A stretch of 64,000 nucleotides of DNA, from assembly GCA_010909165.1 (NCBI GenBank), contig VJWM01000151.1, positions 248,001 through 312,000 on the forward strand, in the 5' to 3' direction. The translations under genes and the position numbers were made by a program. The stretch is from Anthoceros angustus. Taxonomy: Eukaryota > Plantae > Anthocerotophyta. The notes under the pieces are model-generated. The model was not told where the DNA came from. It worked only from the letters and a program-made list of their open reading frames with translations, and made no database searches. This document shows positions 9,898 through 23,282 of the stretch, in pieces. The first letter of the stretch is position 1. Every line of letters starts with the position of its first letter.

Positions 9898-12355
9898 ATG
9901 AGTGGACAGCTTGAGCTTGCTCCTGGGAGCGGATACAATGCGGCAACAGGGATCTACAACAGCAAGCAGCGAATGGCGGGATCTGAAGCGCCCGACTACG
10001 GGGACATTGGCTTCGTGGAGTATCTCTTCTCGCAGCACAAGGATCGTGAACAGCGGCGAAGAGTGGCTGTGGTGGACGGCACCTCGCGGCATTGCCTGAC
10101 CTACGACGAGCTTTTCACGCATGTGCGGGCTCTGGCGTCGGGGTTTTCCAAGATGGGAGTCGGCAAGGGGAGCCACGTGCTGGTTCTTCTTCCGAACACG
10201 GTGGAGTACACCGAGATCGTGCTAGCAACCCTGTTGCTTGGAGGTACTGTGACAACGTTTGATCCGCACAGCTTCACGGAGGAAGTGGAGGCGCATCTGG
10301 CGAGCGCTAATCTGGAGATCGCGCTGCTCTGCACCACCGTGACGTACGCCTACAACATAATGCAACGCACCAAGCCGCAGAGCAAGACCGGGTACTTGGA
10401 GACGGTGAAGGTTGTGATTGTAGAGGTTGTTGAGTTGGACGAGACTACGTCCTGGGCCACCACGGTCGCCCCGGGCCCGACGGCGAGCGATTTCGAGCAT
10501 CCCTTGTCCAGGAGGATCCAGTACCGGACTCTGACGGATGTGTATGATTTCGAGCACCAGGTGGAGCATGTGGAGGTGCGGCTGGCTGACCCCGCGCTGG
10601 TGCTTCTGTCCCTTGGAAGCGGAGCCACGGGCTTCAGCCACGGAGCCGTTCTGACGCATCGGGATCTGATGGCGTTTGTGTGGTTCTACTGTGGGAATGA
10701 GCTGAACGCGTTTCACCGATCTGATGTGTTCGCCTGCGCTGTTCCTCAGTTCCACATGTACGGACTTGTGGTGGTGACGTTGGGAACGCTTGCGAGGGGA
10801 TCTACGTTGGTTGTCCTGCCCTCCCGGAGCGGAACCAGCTGGCACGTTGCGCCGACCAGGCGCCACTTCATAGAGACGCTGCTTCAAGGCCTGGAACAGT
10901 ACCTGGTCTCCCATTTGCCTGTTACCACATCTATGTTGCGGGAGCTGCTGGACGAAGATCTGCCGTTTGTGCGCAAGTTCAACCTGAAAAGGTTGAGGAG
11001 GATTTACAGCAGTGGAAGTGCGATGGTTTCCAGAGAGGCCATTCTACGTTTGGCTAATCGCCTTCCTAATGTTCAGTTCCTGCAGGTGCGCACGTCTTGG
11101 CAAAAATTGCCTGCGTTCAATGATTCCATCACTTGTCATCTTGTGCTACGTTGCCATCAAGAATCTGAGCAGGTGCATTTCTCTTTGGTACAGGACTACG
11201 GTTTTGCTGAGACAACCGGCCTAGGAGCAGGATTTCCTGCCGGTATCGTCCCCAGGCCGGAGTGGCTGGGATCTGTGGGCCTGCTGTCCCCTTGCACGGA
11301 GGCCAAGATTGTATTTGCTGAGGAGGGACTGAGAACAGTGGCACTGCCTCCATGCTTCGAAGGGGAGTTGTGGTTGCGTGGTCCCGGAGTCATGGAAGGT
11401 GTAGTTTGAGAGCAAAACACCAGAAGCACACTACTTTACCTAAGTGTTATGATGCTTCATTTGAGCTCCCGTGTCCCCACAAAGTTGAGTGCATGCAGGT
11501 TATCTGAAGGATCCCAAGGCAACCTCTGAAGTGCTGGACAGTGAGGGCTGGTTCCACACAACCGATACAGCGTACTTTAATGAGGATGGCTTCCTCTACA
11601 TCGTGGGCCGCAATAAACTGGTCATTTACAACGACGGCGCGGAGGTAAATTCTTCAGACATCGGTGTAGGGTAAAGAATTTGAGCTTTCAAGTTTTGGGT
11701 CGTTCTAGGTTCTCAAGACAACAACTTGGGTATTCTCTGGCTGGCTATTAGTCCGACATGCGTTCTCAAGGCTGGCTAATTGCAGGTTGGAGTCATGGAA
11801 ATCGAAACGCGCATAAGGGAAATCCCCAAGGTCCAGGATGCTTTAGTGATACCGTAAGTGAGCGCTCCTTGCGTCTGAACATAAGGTGAACAGTGTGAAA
11901 AGCTGTGGTAGCTGAGCGCAGAGCTCTTGACACGTGAAAATTGCCTGTCCATGCAGGGTTGCAGCTGAACTCACTGGCCAGGTAGCGATGGCTCTGGTAA
12001 CAATGGAACCCGAGGCGAACATTCAAAATTTCTATATCACTCAGAGCCTCCCTCTCCACGGGGTAAGTAACACATACGCAGCACATTATTTCGTGGTCAG
12101 GCCTTCCTCTCCCTTTCTCTAATATCCCTCACTGTGCCATTACAGATAGCCCTACCCAAGCTACCGTTAAAAATCGAGTTTCTTGAGAGACTGTTGAAAT
12201 CGCACTCGGGGGAGACTCTGCGAGATGATATCACCGTTTTCGTGCGAAACGCAGGACTCGATGCACCCGGAAAGTGGGAGATAGAGTCCAAGTCCGCCTT
12301 CAAGCGCCCTCTGCCAGACTACGAAGTCTCCGAATATCCGTTATATGATCTGTAG
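9898..12355 (+). CDS. 4-coumarate:CoA ligase-like ANL adenylate-forming enzyme; exons 9898-11085, 11194-11398, 11499-11644, 11786-11853, 11957-12062, 12146-12355
   Basis: All introns are GT-AG and keep frame. Motifs include SGYNAATGIYNS, VPQFHMYGL, YGFAET, EGELWLRGPGVMEGYLKDP, GWFHTTD and DALVIP. Several catalytic residues are substituted. Confidence 0.85.
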
Positions 12356-14507
12356 ACATTTGTTGGTTTCCTAATTGCTTGGTTTTCAACTTGCCTTGCG
12401 GGACTTGCTGCATGTATTTGTGGGTCAGAACAGAACTTTATTTTGATTCATCACGAGATTCACGGGTGGTCGTTGGCTAGTGGCATTGAGGGCGATTCGT
12501 TCATCCGAAGTGACACAGGAGACAATGGATGCAAAATGTGGAACACTGTAAGGAAAAGGAAGGATCACCATTTTCTTTGGGTTCTAGTTGGGATCAAATC
12601 AAGTTGAACCTGGTGTTGTTCTATTTACACACATCAAGGGGGAAATTGAGGCGTAAAACCCCATACTGTCCAGAAACAATTCTAAACGCCTCATGTGCCT
12701 TATAACTAGACCGGGACCCCGACTACTGTTACGGAAGTACGCTGGGCACCGGGACATTATCCCCATCAGGGCTATTGGCCTGGCATGCAGGCGCATGCAT
12801 GTGCGTGTTAGGGTTAATGTCTACTCTTCAACAAAGCCCCAAATGCTGAAGCGCGGCGCCCAGCGCCCGACTCTTCTACATGTAGGGTTAAGGTGTCTAC
12901 TACTTGCTTGCCTGCTGTTTCTTCTCTGGGGTGTCAGAGGCTTGCGAAAATTCTCTGGGGCAGCCGGTCTAGAGGCTTGCGAAAACCCTCTGGGGTAGCT
13001 GTCCTAGAGGTTTGAGCAAACCCTCTGGGGTAGCTGGTGTTGAGGCTTTGGAGGCTTTCCCTCTGTAGGATGTAGTTCTTGTGCGCGTAGGGTCTTGAGT
13101 GCCATCCGTTTTATGCCCCGTGCCTGGTGATGTATGTATCAAAGAAACTACTGACGTCCTTGCGGACATGTGTGGAAACCACATGCTGAAGGCCATCTCC
13201 TGTGTGTTGGGGAAGCAGCTATTCTGGTCTGTTGCTTGCTTGTAAACCTCTTCCGGAAATGTTGTAGAAGGTGCTTGCGAGCCTGTGACCAAATGTTATC
13301 TTAGGAACCTACAGTGCCTGAGCCGCCTTGTTGAGAAGATTGGATGACTGAGGCCTGGTCAAACCTGTCTGAACGAACTCTCGCGGGTTGGAGGCAAATG
13401 ATGAATCTTGACTTACCTATTTTGTGAGAGCTGGAAATCTCTGTGATCTCTAACAACCAATAGATCCTCCTGAGCCTCCTACCGTGAATTACTGCGTCGG
13501 TTAGCCTGTGAAGCTTTTTTCCTCAAGTTTGTTTCGATTCGTCCGTGAAGTCTGTTTCATGAAGTTTGCAAAGCTTTCCGCCCCGCTGTGGAAGGCTATG
13601 GACATGATGACAATTGTAACTGATTTGCAGTGATGCGAAATTACAGACTACAATTCCCTGATCCATTGGTTTGCTTTGGCCACTGTGTCTTGTCTGCTGT
13701 CCTTCCCAAACAATATAATAGGCCTCCGTCAGCTTACTTCCCTTCAGGATCCAGACCATGGGCAGTAGTGAATGCCAGATGGCATTGCCACCGACAGGCA
13801 AGACCTGACGGGGAGCTGGAGTTAGAAGAGGGTGGGAAGCTGTTGGGGAGCTGGAATTAGAGAAGAGGATGGGAAGCTAGCTATCATATCGCTCAAAGCA
13901 CGTTGCATTCATGATTTGGTTCTATCTTGATGTCTCCATATCCGAAGCAGTGGTATGCACAGGACGCTGCCCCACCTGGCTCTGGCAATTAATTGCTGTC
14001 CCATCCACTTACGAAGAACGGCACAGCCTGCTTGTATGTGAACACACACTGATGCCAAATTCGTTGAATTCCCTTCCACTTACTGTCTGCCCTAAGTGGG
14101 ATAAATCGGAGCTCCCATGCGTTTGGAGGTCTTCTTGCTTTGGAGTTCTTTTTCTTTTCGACTAGAATTCAACCTTAATGCTTTGGAGTTCTTAGAGATG
14201 GCAGTGGGCGGAGGACCTGTAGGTGGCAGTGGGCGGCCTGAGTCTGAAGGCGTGGGCACTGCGTCTTGTGCCTCCCGCATGCTTACTGGCTCCTTCCTCA
14301 TGATCAGCTACCGCAGGCTAACTCCAGGCCCACTGGCAGTGCCACTGTTTGGCGACAAGAGCATCTTTTGCCACTCGCAAACTTCTCCACCAGGACCTGC
14401 ACCAGATGTCCTGAAAGTATGGCCCATCGTGTCTTTCAGGCTGGGTTCCAGGCAGGCAATCGTTCTCTCCTCTGTAAAAATGGCAAAGGAGGTGCCAAGA
14501 ATCAGGA

Positions 14508-14652
14508 CAAGGAGCTGGCGTCCCTGCCTTGAGCGTCAAGCATGCCATGGGCTTCAGTGACAGAGTACAACACCAACAAGGAGTTGGCGTCCCGGCCTTA
14601 CTTGAGCGTCAAGGATGCCATGGGCTTTGGAGACAAGTTACAACACCAACAA
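14508..14652. repeat. Two-copy ~72-bp tandem repeat
   Basis: caaggag(c/t)tggcgtccc...ttgagcgtcaag(c/g)atgccatgggctt...tacaacaccaacaa occurs twice. Confidence 0.75.
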
Positions 14653-16066
14653 CTTAGTGCTTGACCTCCTGCAACTCAGGAGATCCTGGCAGCGCATCAC
14701 TCGGCATCCATGGAACTGTGACTCACAAATGCCCACTGTATGTTTCCAACATATCTGATGTGTGACTCTTAGACGTCTCGACATTCCCTCATGTGTCACT
14801 TTGGGGGATTTCCAGCCTGGAGTCTCTCACTCAGAAGAGAGTTGGAGAAATTGGAGGATGCCAGGGTAGAAGGGAAGAGGTTTCCAGGATGGTAAGATCC
14901 CTCTTGGACTACAGTCTTGCAGGACCTGTTGTAGACATGAAGCAACGAGCAGCACATCTCCTCATGAACTTGATGAGCCGCGGAGCTATGGACTTCATAT
15001 GTCTACTTTGGCAGGGTCGGCCTGGATCCCTTCGGCGCTGAAAATACGCCCCAAGTATTCTAACGTAGAAGCAGCACTAGTTTCTTTTTGCGTACAGTCT
15101 GGTAATTTTGCCAGTACCTCTTCAAGCAATGTTGGACGAGTCTCGTCATCCTGATCTTCGGCCTAGAGCAAGAAGCTCTAGCCCCAATTACAACCTGAGA
15201 ATGCCAGTTCATATGTGCTGTTAGGAACATCTATGCCTATACCGGTATGTGGCATGAAGTGGATAGATAAAAGAGGGTGCAACGGAAGTGCAAGATTCCA
15301 CAGCTCTGATGTTTCTTCAACGCTTTGGGAGCAAAAATGCGAGGTCGAAGGAGGAAGAAGGCCATGTCCCTCCGAACACAACTGGTTCTGTGGCAATATT
15401 TGAGCACGACAAGGTACATGCCATTGAGTGGACATCCGGAGAAACTGGCCTCGCCGGACGTTCTGCTGGACACACCTGATGCACGACTTTTATAGGTATT
15501 ATGTTTTCCCATGTGCAACAAAATCTCTCACAGTGGGCACAACGTTTTTATGGCTTGAACAGCTCGAGATACGCAGATGGAATAGTATGTCGCTTCGCGT
15601 TGCATCTTGCTCATGTGGGGATCCCTGAACATCAACGGGGTTGAGAAAAAGAATATGAACAGCGAGCAATCTCCGTTGCCGGGCCAAGTGACCGAAGGCC
15701 TCGATAGTGGTACGTCGCTATGTGGGAAGGTGTGGCACCGATGATCTCACTTGCGGAGATCGGAAGTCTGGGCCAAGTGACCGAAGGCCTGGATGGTGTT
15801 ACTACGCCACTATGTGAAAAGGTGTGAGACCGATGATCGCAATTGTGGAGACCGGAAGTCTTGGTCTTGTCGACCCCACTTTGTAGGGACCGGCACCTCA
15901 TCCGTCAAGCCTGGTCCTCGGATTCTGGCCTCTTTGTGGGAACTCAAGAACCTCGAGTTTCTCACGAGTCCTCGGGGCAAGGAACCCTTTGGAATGCGAG
16001 CTTCACTAGGTACACAAAACTTCACTTCAAGCATGGAGGGTATATGCCACGCAACACTCACAAGCT

Positions 16067-16540
16067 ACACAGTTATAAGAATGTCGTTATTAAGCATCTT
16101 GCGCATGGATCGGTACTTAGATGGGGTGCCTAAAACAAATGGATGCGCTTGTTGCAAGTAGCTTAGGCGTACCATGGTATAAGTTGTTACGTACCAAGTT
16201 GTTAAGTACCAAGTCCCACTCACGGAGGCATACCATGGTACAAGTTGTCAAGTATCAAGTCCCACTGATGGAGACATACCATGGTACAAGTTGTTATGTA
16301 CCAAGTTGTTAAGAACCAAGTCCCACTGATGGAGGCATACTATGGTACAAGTCCCACTGATGGAGGCATACCATGGTACAAGGTTGAAGTACCAAGTTGT
16401 TAAGAACCACCAAGTTGTTAAGTACCAAGTCCCACTAACGAGGCATACCATGGTACAAGTTGTTAAGTACCAAATTGTTAAGTACCAAGTACCACTGACG
16501 GAAATCCGTCCTTAGTGGACTTCAATAAAATTCTTCTTCT
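16067..16540 (+). mobile_element. Second copy of the SINE-like repeat, with an internal minisatellite expansion
   Basis: Homologous to 9347-9535 in inverted orientation; ends aataaaattcttcttct. Confidence 0.6.
16170..16500. repeat. Minisatellite, ~46-bp unit (taccatggtacaagttgttaagtaccaagtcccactgatggaggca), ~6-7 imperfect copies
   Basis: Read directly; most units contain the 10-bp palindrome TACCATGGTA. Confidence 0.85.
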
Positions 16541-18199
16541 GCTGCTATTTGACAGTTCAAAGCCTTCACTGAAGTCTTTGACGATTCCTTGTTGCACGCG
16601 ACCATTTGGATTGCATGTCACACAAAGGCTTCATGTCACACAAACTTAATGCTCGAAGGGCGTATGCCACCAACACCGAGGTGGTGGCCCTATGTATGCC
16701 ACATTCTGACAATGAAGTAGAAGAGTGGAAGAAGATTCAAACGAATGCTTCTCTTTCATTGTAGGCTTGTGAACACGTCCCGACACCCATGGTACGTACC
16801 CGTCTCCTACTTTTCACTGCCTACTCCCGATCCACAATGGTTTTCGAGTGCTTGACCTCAGTCTTTGTTCATCAGTCCGAGTGTTGACCGTGGTATGCAT
16901 GAACAACAAACTAACCGCCTGAACTGGAAGGCGTGCTCATCACAGGCTCTATTCCATAGTCATAGCTTTCCTCTTTCGAGCTAGATAGTGTAGTTCGTGT
17001 TCACTCCTCTATTTCGAAGACCTGCGCAGAGAGCGGGAGGCTTCCAATTGTGCTTGCTCGTCACTCAAGAAGTTCCTGTTCCTTTGGATTATTCACATGT
17101 AGTTATGAAGAAGAAGGCTTTTGCTTTGCAGGTTTGGGTAGGGCGACTTGTGCATGGCAATTTGGGTGCTGGTGCTGGTCACTACTACAATGCAAGGGCC
17201 TTTAAGACGTGGCCTATTTGACGCATGATCCTTGCGTCTTTCTCTTGTCTTTCTTATTTGACGTCCACCAGGTCGAATGACGCGCTACCTCATCCGTGCA
17301 TTTTGGTTGCAAGTCGGGTTGGTATTTTTTTGATGCAGTGCACATAGACGTCATAATTAGGCTTCATGAAAGCTAAAGCACATGATATGTGACCACTTGC
17401 CATCCGTGGTGATGGAACACCTATCCGGTGGCCGCCATGGGCACATTGCACATTACCCGACATTGCACACATCGGGTAGCGAGAATGGACTTGTACCGGG
17501 ACGATGCCGTTCATCATAATAAACCAAGGCCCACACGGTTCCGCAATCGACGGTGGCTTTTGCGGTGCATTCTGTGCAGATCGATGGACCGCCGGCTTGG
17601 CGACACGCCCGGTGAAGAGGGCCGGGCATATCCGTGGGGTGCATGCGGTCGATCGCGAAGGGCACTTAGCTAAGAGCAGCCCCTATTTCCGTGTTTGTCA
17701 CCGCAAGCCATGGAAGGCCCGGTCCGAGACAGTGATTCCGCGCATGTATTGTCCTCCGAAAAGCGAACCCTTCCAGACAACGTGACGTTTCGTGCTCCAT
17801 GTCCAAAGTTGGCTTACATTCCTTCGATCGCGGATACGCAATCATTCTCCCAAATTGCCCGAATTGGATTGAATCAAATCTCGGCCGATCTCTTCTAATT
17901 ATTGTTGCTCTCACACATAACATGTCGTGCACGCAGGGTTTAGCTCTCGGGGACGCCGCTATCCGAAGATACCGGATGTCGCGCTTGCAAGTGGTTGGTC
18001 CCGTTCCACCAGCCCACTAGCGATGGGGGCTCCCTCATAGGATCCGGAGCCCACCAATTCACCACCCGATGGTAGTCCGATCCACCACTGTGGCCGGACT
18101 ATACCTTGGTTGCTGGTGTTGACGATCACTGGAAGGCATCCTCAACGCCTTGCCACCACACCCTCCGAAGGTCGAGGTCGCATGTGAAAGCACAGACAG

Positions 18200-20500
18200 A
18201 GCTCATCGCCACTCTTGCTTTGCTCAATTTCTAGGATGTGTTTGCTATATCGATACCGTAATGATCGCCTTTTGAGATGGCTTCACTCGTTGCCGCCCAA
18301 TTCCATGCCGCCAAGCCGCAAAAAGGTCATGCTGTGGGTCATGCTTATCATCGAGTGCACGCCACGCTGATCGCTGTATTTTCTAGGGTGATTTGGTCAA
18401 GAGCTTGAGTGTCCCGGTGTGGGGAACCACGGCATGCTCCATCCGCGCCACGGAGTAAGCCTGGCACGAAAACACTGCTTTTATTTTCCACTTGTGGAAA
18501 GACTTCGCAATGTTCATGTGCCCACATCTTGCCCGCTAATGTCCCGGCATCACACCGCCAAGCACGATCATAAATTATGATTCGCCGACACCCCGGCTCG
18601 CGTAGATGTCCAGGATAATTGGGATGGATGCCGCAACATTCGGCACATTTCTACCGATGGCCTCAATCAAGGCCACCGGCCCCGCTCTTACTTCATATGG
18701 CATGTTCTCACGATCCACAATCTTCCACCGTGGATGTCAACAAAAAGACTTGCATTCTCATACCACTTATTATCCTGGCCCTCCCGTGAGCAATATGGAT
18801 ATCTACCTACAACCCTTGCTCAAGAACTAGCTTTCTGTGGAAGGGTGTCCCAAGAGATAGTTCACGGGCAATTCTCGACCCATCCAAACTTCACATTGCG
18901 GGCTTTTAACACCACCGTGACTACCTGTGCCTGCAATTTATGGGGACCTGTGAGAGGTTACATGCGGTGTGGATTGTGGAAGCTGGGAATTGCAACCCTG
19001 TTGGTCATAGTCCCTGAACAAGCTAGTGTATGAAGGCCACCGCCGTTGGTGTCCTTGCCTACACCGCCGTAAGTAAGAACTGTGCGATGCCTTCAACAAC
19101 ACCCATGAAACAAGAGGCCGGCCCGTCCCACACACAGCCCGTGAAGTTGCTGCCTAGATGGAGCACAGTGCCAGCGAGGATGACGCCGACCGTGCTGTTG
19201 TTGTTGAGTGGGGCGTGAAGTGGCCTTTAGCCTTTTTTACATATCTGCCATACCTCGAGGTACACTCACCCTTCACTGTCATGCTACGTTTAGCAAACCC
19301 GCTAACGTGTCCACATCATTGGGCTTGAAGCTAATCTGGTTTCCTTGCACAGAATCTCCACAAGCTATGGACAAAGGACGTCATGCACGTTGAGGTAAAC
19401 AATGCCCAAGCATTGTGGAAGGTGATTACGGGGAAATGGGACATTTTGAACTGCAGGCAGGACCTTGAAGAAAACGATTCTAAGCCCTGGCTATGGCCTG
19501 TGGAAGGAGAGGGTATCGACAACCAGCTCCCTCAGGCATTATATGTTATGGAGAATATTGACGCAGTTAAATTCGATCTTGCCAATATTAGGCCACCAAC
19601 CGGCTTCTGCTCAAACCTCAGTTGGTGCTTCTCGGGAGTGAAAGTGACAAGACTCAAAAGCCACGACCGGCATATCCTCAAAGATTTGCTCCCAATAGCA
19701 TTACGCAGCCGTCTTCATGGAGAGGAGTACAAGGCCGTGACTAGCTTGAGCGCATTGTACAGGTGATTGTGTCAGAAGGTCATACCCATTTCCGAAATCT
19801 CTATCATGCGACGACATGCCATCCATACCCTAATTTCATTGGAGCGGGTTATGCCACCTACCTTCTGGAACATCATGCAACATTTGGTAATCCATCTAGT
19901 CGACGAAGTCGAGACACATGGCATGGTTTATCAGCATTGGATGTATCCTATGGAGCGCTACATGTTAGTGTTGAAGACACATGTTCGATAACGTGCAAGA
20001 CCCGAGGGAAGCATGGCCTCTGGTTACATGGCTATGGAAGCGATAAATTTCGCATCGGAGTACCTTGCCGCCATCCACCCCGAGCATGCACATCTTTATG
20101 GCGTCCGCCTCACGGAAACTAGGACTGAACAACCCATTGGGCAAGCCCAAATGGTCACGCTCTCGACTCATGATCACTTGCGGCTCCACTAGTATCTACT
20201 CCATCATTCCGAAACATTAGAGCCTTGTCGTCAAGCATTTGATGCAGCACATGTCCAAGACAAGGACAAGGCATGGTTGAGGGAGGCATTAGTGACTAGT
20301 GAATGGGATCACATGCCCAACCCAGCGGTGATTGCTGCAATTACCAATGGGCCACGTTTGAAATTAAAGTCCTATCTTGGCTTGGATTCTCATGGCTATC
20401 ACTACCGGACTATTGAGGCAGATGAAAATCGGAAAGCGACATAGGACTCATGGGTTTACAGACGATTTCACATTACCGATCAAGTATCGGCTTCGTAGTA
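18200..20500 (+). pseudogene. Degenerate CACTA Tnp2/TnpD transposase
   Basis: Fragments YPGPPVSNMDIYLQPLL, LKSHDRHILKDLLPIALR, PPTFWNIMQHLVIHLVDEV..HGMVYQHWMYPMERY and RARPEGSMASGY, with stops and frameshifts. Confidence 0.88.
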
Positions 20501-20558
20501 TTATGCTGTGGCATGCAGGGACCGTGGACCTGCCGTCACTAGGGTAGGTGTAACCACG

Positions 20559-20940
20559 ACCCAAGGACATGCGCCAAGAAGGCGGCCGCGTAAGGCTAGA
20601 GTACACGATGTGTGACTGCGCTACCGCAAGAAAGGACGTCTTCCCGTGCTTTAGTTATTCCCGACGCTCCGACGCTGAGAGAAGGCCATTCTCTCAACCG
20701 ACTTCTCGAGCCACGGCCACTGCACTGTGCATCTCGCCTCCGGGCGCTCTTCCGACCCAAGGACATGCGCCAAGAAGGCGGCCGCTAGAGAGTACACGGC
20801 GTGTGACTGCGCTACCGCAAGAAAGGACGCCTCCGCTTTAGTTATTCCCGACGCTCCGACGCTGAGAGAAGGCCATTCTCTCAACCGACTTCTCAGCTAG
20901 GCCACGGCCACTGCACTCGTGCATCTCGCCGGGCGCTCTC
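20559..20940. repeat. ~195-bp tandem duplication inside the CACTA
   Basis: acccaaggacatgcgccaagaaggcggccg...ttctctcaaccgacttctc at ~20559 and ~20755. Confidence 0.85.
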
Positions 20941-23282
20941 CGACGCCCAAGCGACGCCGAGCCGCCATCGCCGAATCGCGCTGCACCTCGCTTCGGAACT
21001 TGGCGAGAGTATCCTTGCCCACCATCCCTCTGCAGCGGATCAGCCGAAGTGCAAGCATGGGACCCAAGAAGGCGGCGGAGGTTTGGGAGCCCTTAAAGGT
21101 GAAGGGGAAGGTGGAGGCCATGAAGGTAGCGCTCTTGAGGCCGGAGACGCAGCGGTCCTCTAACGAGTGGCTCATGTCGGACCTACTAGACCGACGAGTG
21201 AGGGCAGTGGCGTAGATTATCGTCCACTGGAACATGCTCACCAAGGTAGACCACCTTGGTGACAATTTGCTGGTTTTCTTGCACGCCCTTCAGAGAGGCA
21301 AGAGGGCGGATTGGGGGCGGATCATCTTCGCCCGTATTGCTCAGGAGTCGAGGAAGTTGAGGAACGAGAGTCCACCCCCGTCGGCGTTGTCCCCGTTTAT
21401 CGTCCATGTGTGGGGACACCTCAACCTCCTAAAGGAAGGGGAAGAGGAGTGAGCGCTCCGGAAGGGGCTGGCGACCCTGCCAGAGGCGGAGCGGGAGGAA
21501 AGAGCACAGGAACCGGAGGGCCGTCGGCCCAAGGTAAGGCGCACTCAGGAGGACGAGGATTGGGAGGGAATTCCGGACTCCATATGCCTGGAGCGAACCC
21601 CCTCTCCACCAAGGGAAGTATGGGAGGATATTCCTGCTTCCCTTCTCTTGGTTCCTTAGCCATCCCCAGAGGCTACTACGACGGGAATGGAGATGGTGGC
21701 CGTCACCCCAGCACCCCCGCAACCTGCTCCGGTCCAAGCCGCCGAGCCTCGACGGACCAGGAGAGAAGCAAAGAAGAGGAAAACGACACCCACTTACACC
21801 GCCCCAAGGACAGCTTTGGTGCTCTTACCCTTGCCAACGGAGTGGTAGGAGGCGGAAGAGGCAGTGAGGAGGGCGGAATGCGATGCAGTCCAAGGCGTCG
21901 GGGGACACTGGCAGCAACCCCACCCCGAGCCAGTCCTGTCGCCTACGCGGAGGGGAAAGCAGGCCAGCTCCCGGACTCCCTCACCACCTCCAGACCCCAA
22001 GCGAAGGCAGGCAGAGAAAGAGTTAGCGGCGAAGAGAGCCAAGGAGGTGGAAGCGCCGGCTTAGAACGGACAGGACCTAAGGGTCTTGATTGGGTCCGGA
22101 GTTCCTAATCTGGACTCACTCCGGATGGCGGTATGGCGATCCTTAACGGACCGGGAGATGCCTACGCCCTCGACGGACTTTTTGGGAGTCTCGCCAGCGG
22201 CAGTTGTAGAGGAGACGCGGCGAGTTTTGGCGAGTTTTGGCGGCTGGTATGGACAGCATGCTCCGGGGACTCTGCGGGACAGCATATCTGCAGAAAGTCG
22301 GGATGACATATACGTTGAACATATGGCATAAAATATTATTATCTTAATATATTCGAAATTACACGCACGATTCAAATCCAAACCCACATCGAGCGTGTAA
22401 CCATGTGGCGGCTGCACATTGAATCGATGTGTGAAGGTCGTACGTAGACGTGGCGAACATATACCGCAAAGAGCATGGGCGACTCACCATAGCGGTACGC
22501 ATTGGTGTCATTTTGACCGAGTACAGCTCACCCCCGGACCGCCTTAGCTCATACGCCGGTCCCGGACCAAGCAGTGGACCATGCCTTTTGCGACCCTTGG
22601 TCACTAAATATAATATATATTAATAAATAATTTATAATAATATAAAAGACTGCAGACTGCGGAGTCCGCAGACTGCAGCCTAGCCGGCAGACTGTAAACT
22701 GCGTCCATGATAAGATGCCTATGTGTCCATAATAAATATAAATTTTTGAATATAAAATTAAATAATTTTAAACCGGACCGGTCCCCGAGGGTAATAGGGG
22801 AACCGAGGGTGGGGACCGGACTCCTGAAAAGCCTCCGGTCCCATGTTTTTTTTAACACATGCCGGGACCGGGACCGAGCTTGGGACGGGGTCAAAATGAC
22901 ACCCTGGTACGTACCGACAAAAAACCCCCCTATTGCGGCCGGGATGCGGGATAGACGACGTGTGTCCGAGCGGACGTGCCCGCTCACCGTTGCCGGGAAT
23001 ATTTGCCCGGCTACCAGGCTGGACGGGGAAGATTGGGCCCCAGAATCCGGCCGCCTGAGATGGTAACGGTTCGTCGCCCAACTGGTGTACAGTTCGCGGC
23101 ACGCGCGACCGGTCCCGTCGTGGGTTACCCAGTAACTCAGCCCTGTTCTCCCCGTCAAAACAGCAGATTCCGACGCACTAACATTGACACGGTGGGCTCA
23201 CCACCGGTGCGTCAAATGGCACACGGAGGCATCAAATCGGCGTTATTAAACACGTCTTATAACGGCCTGCATTGTAGTAGTG

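Larger units (their letters stand above)
17180..23282 (+). mobile_element. CACTA (En/Spm) DNA transposon, 6103 bp, intact termini
   Basis: 5' CACTACTACAATGCA at 17180 and 3' TGCATTGTAGTAGTG ending at 23282. The 3-bp TSD GGT lies at 17177-17179 and 23283-23285. There are GC-rich subterminal CCGGTCCC/GGGACCGG repeats at ~22500-23120 and an internal Tnp2 remnant. Confidence 0.93.

Noticed and set aside
12727-13455. Possible solo LTR (TGTTA...TAACA) with short aaaccctctggggtagct repeats
   Set aside because: Flanks do not form a TSD and there is no PBS or PPT.
13500-16000. Short ORFs on both strands
   Set aside because: No recognisable domain or consistent exon structure; probably decayed TE.
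16170-16500. CRISPR-like repeat array
   Set aside because: Units are contiguous with no unique spacers, there are no cas genes and the context is eukaryotic; it is a minisatellite.
9347-16540. Single 7-kb TIR element carrying the 4CL-like gene
   Set aside because: The inverted ends have AATAAA plus (TTC)n tails, like retroposon 3' ends, and no TSD is seen; two independent insertions are simpler.
22602-22606. Internal CACTA pentamers (also 20536)
   Set aside because: No matching TIR or TSD; the true termini are 17180 and 23282.
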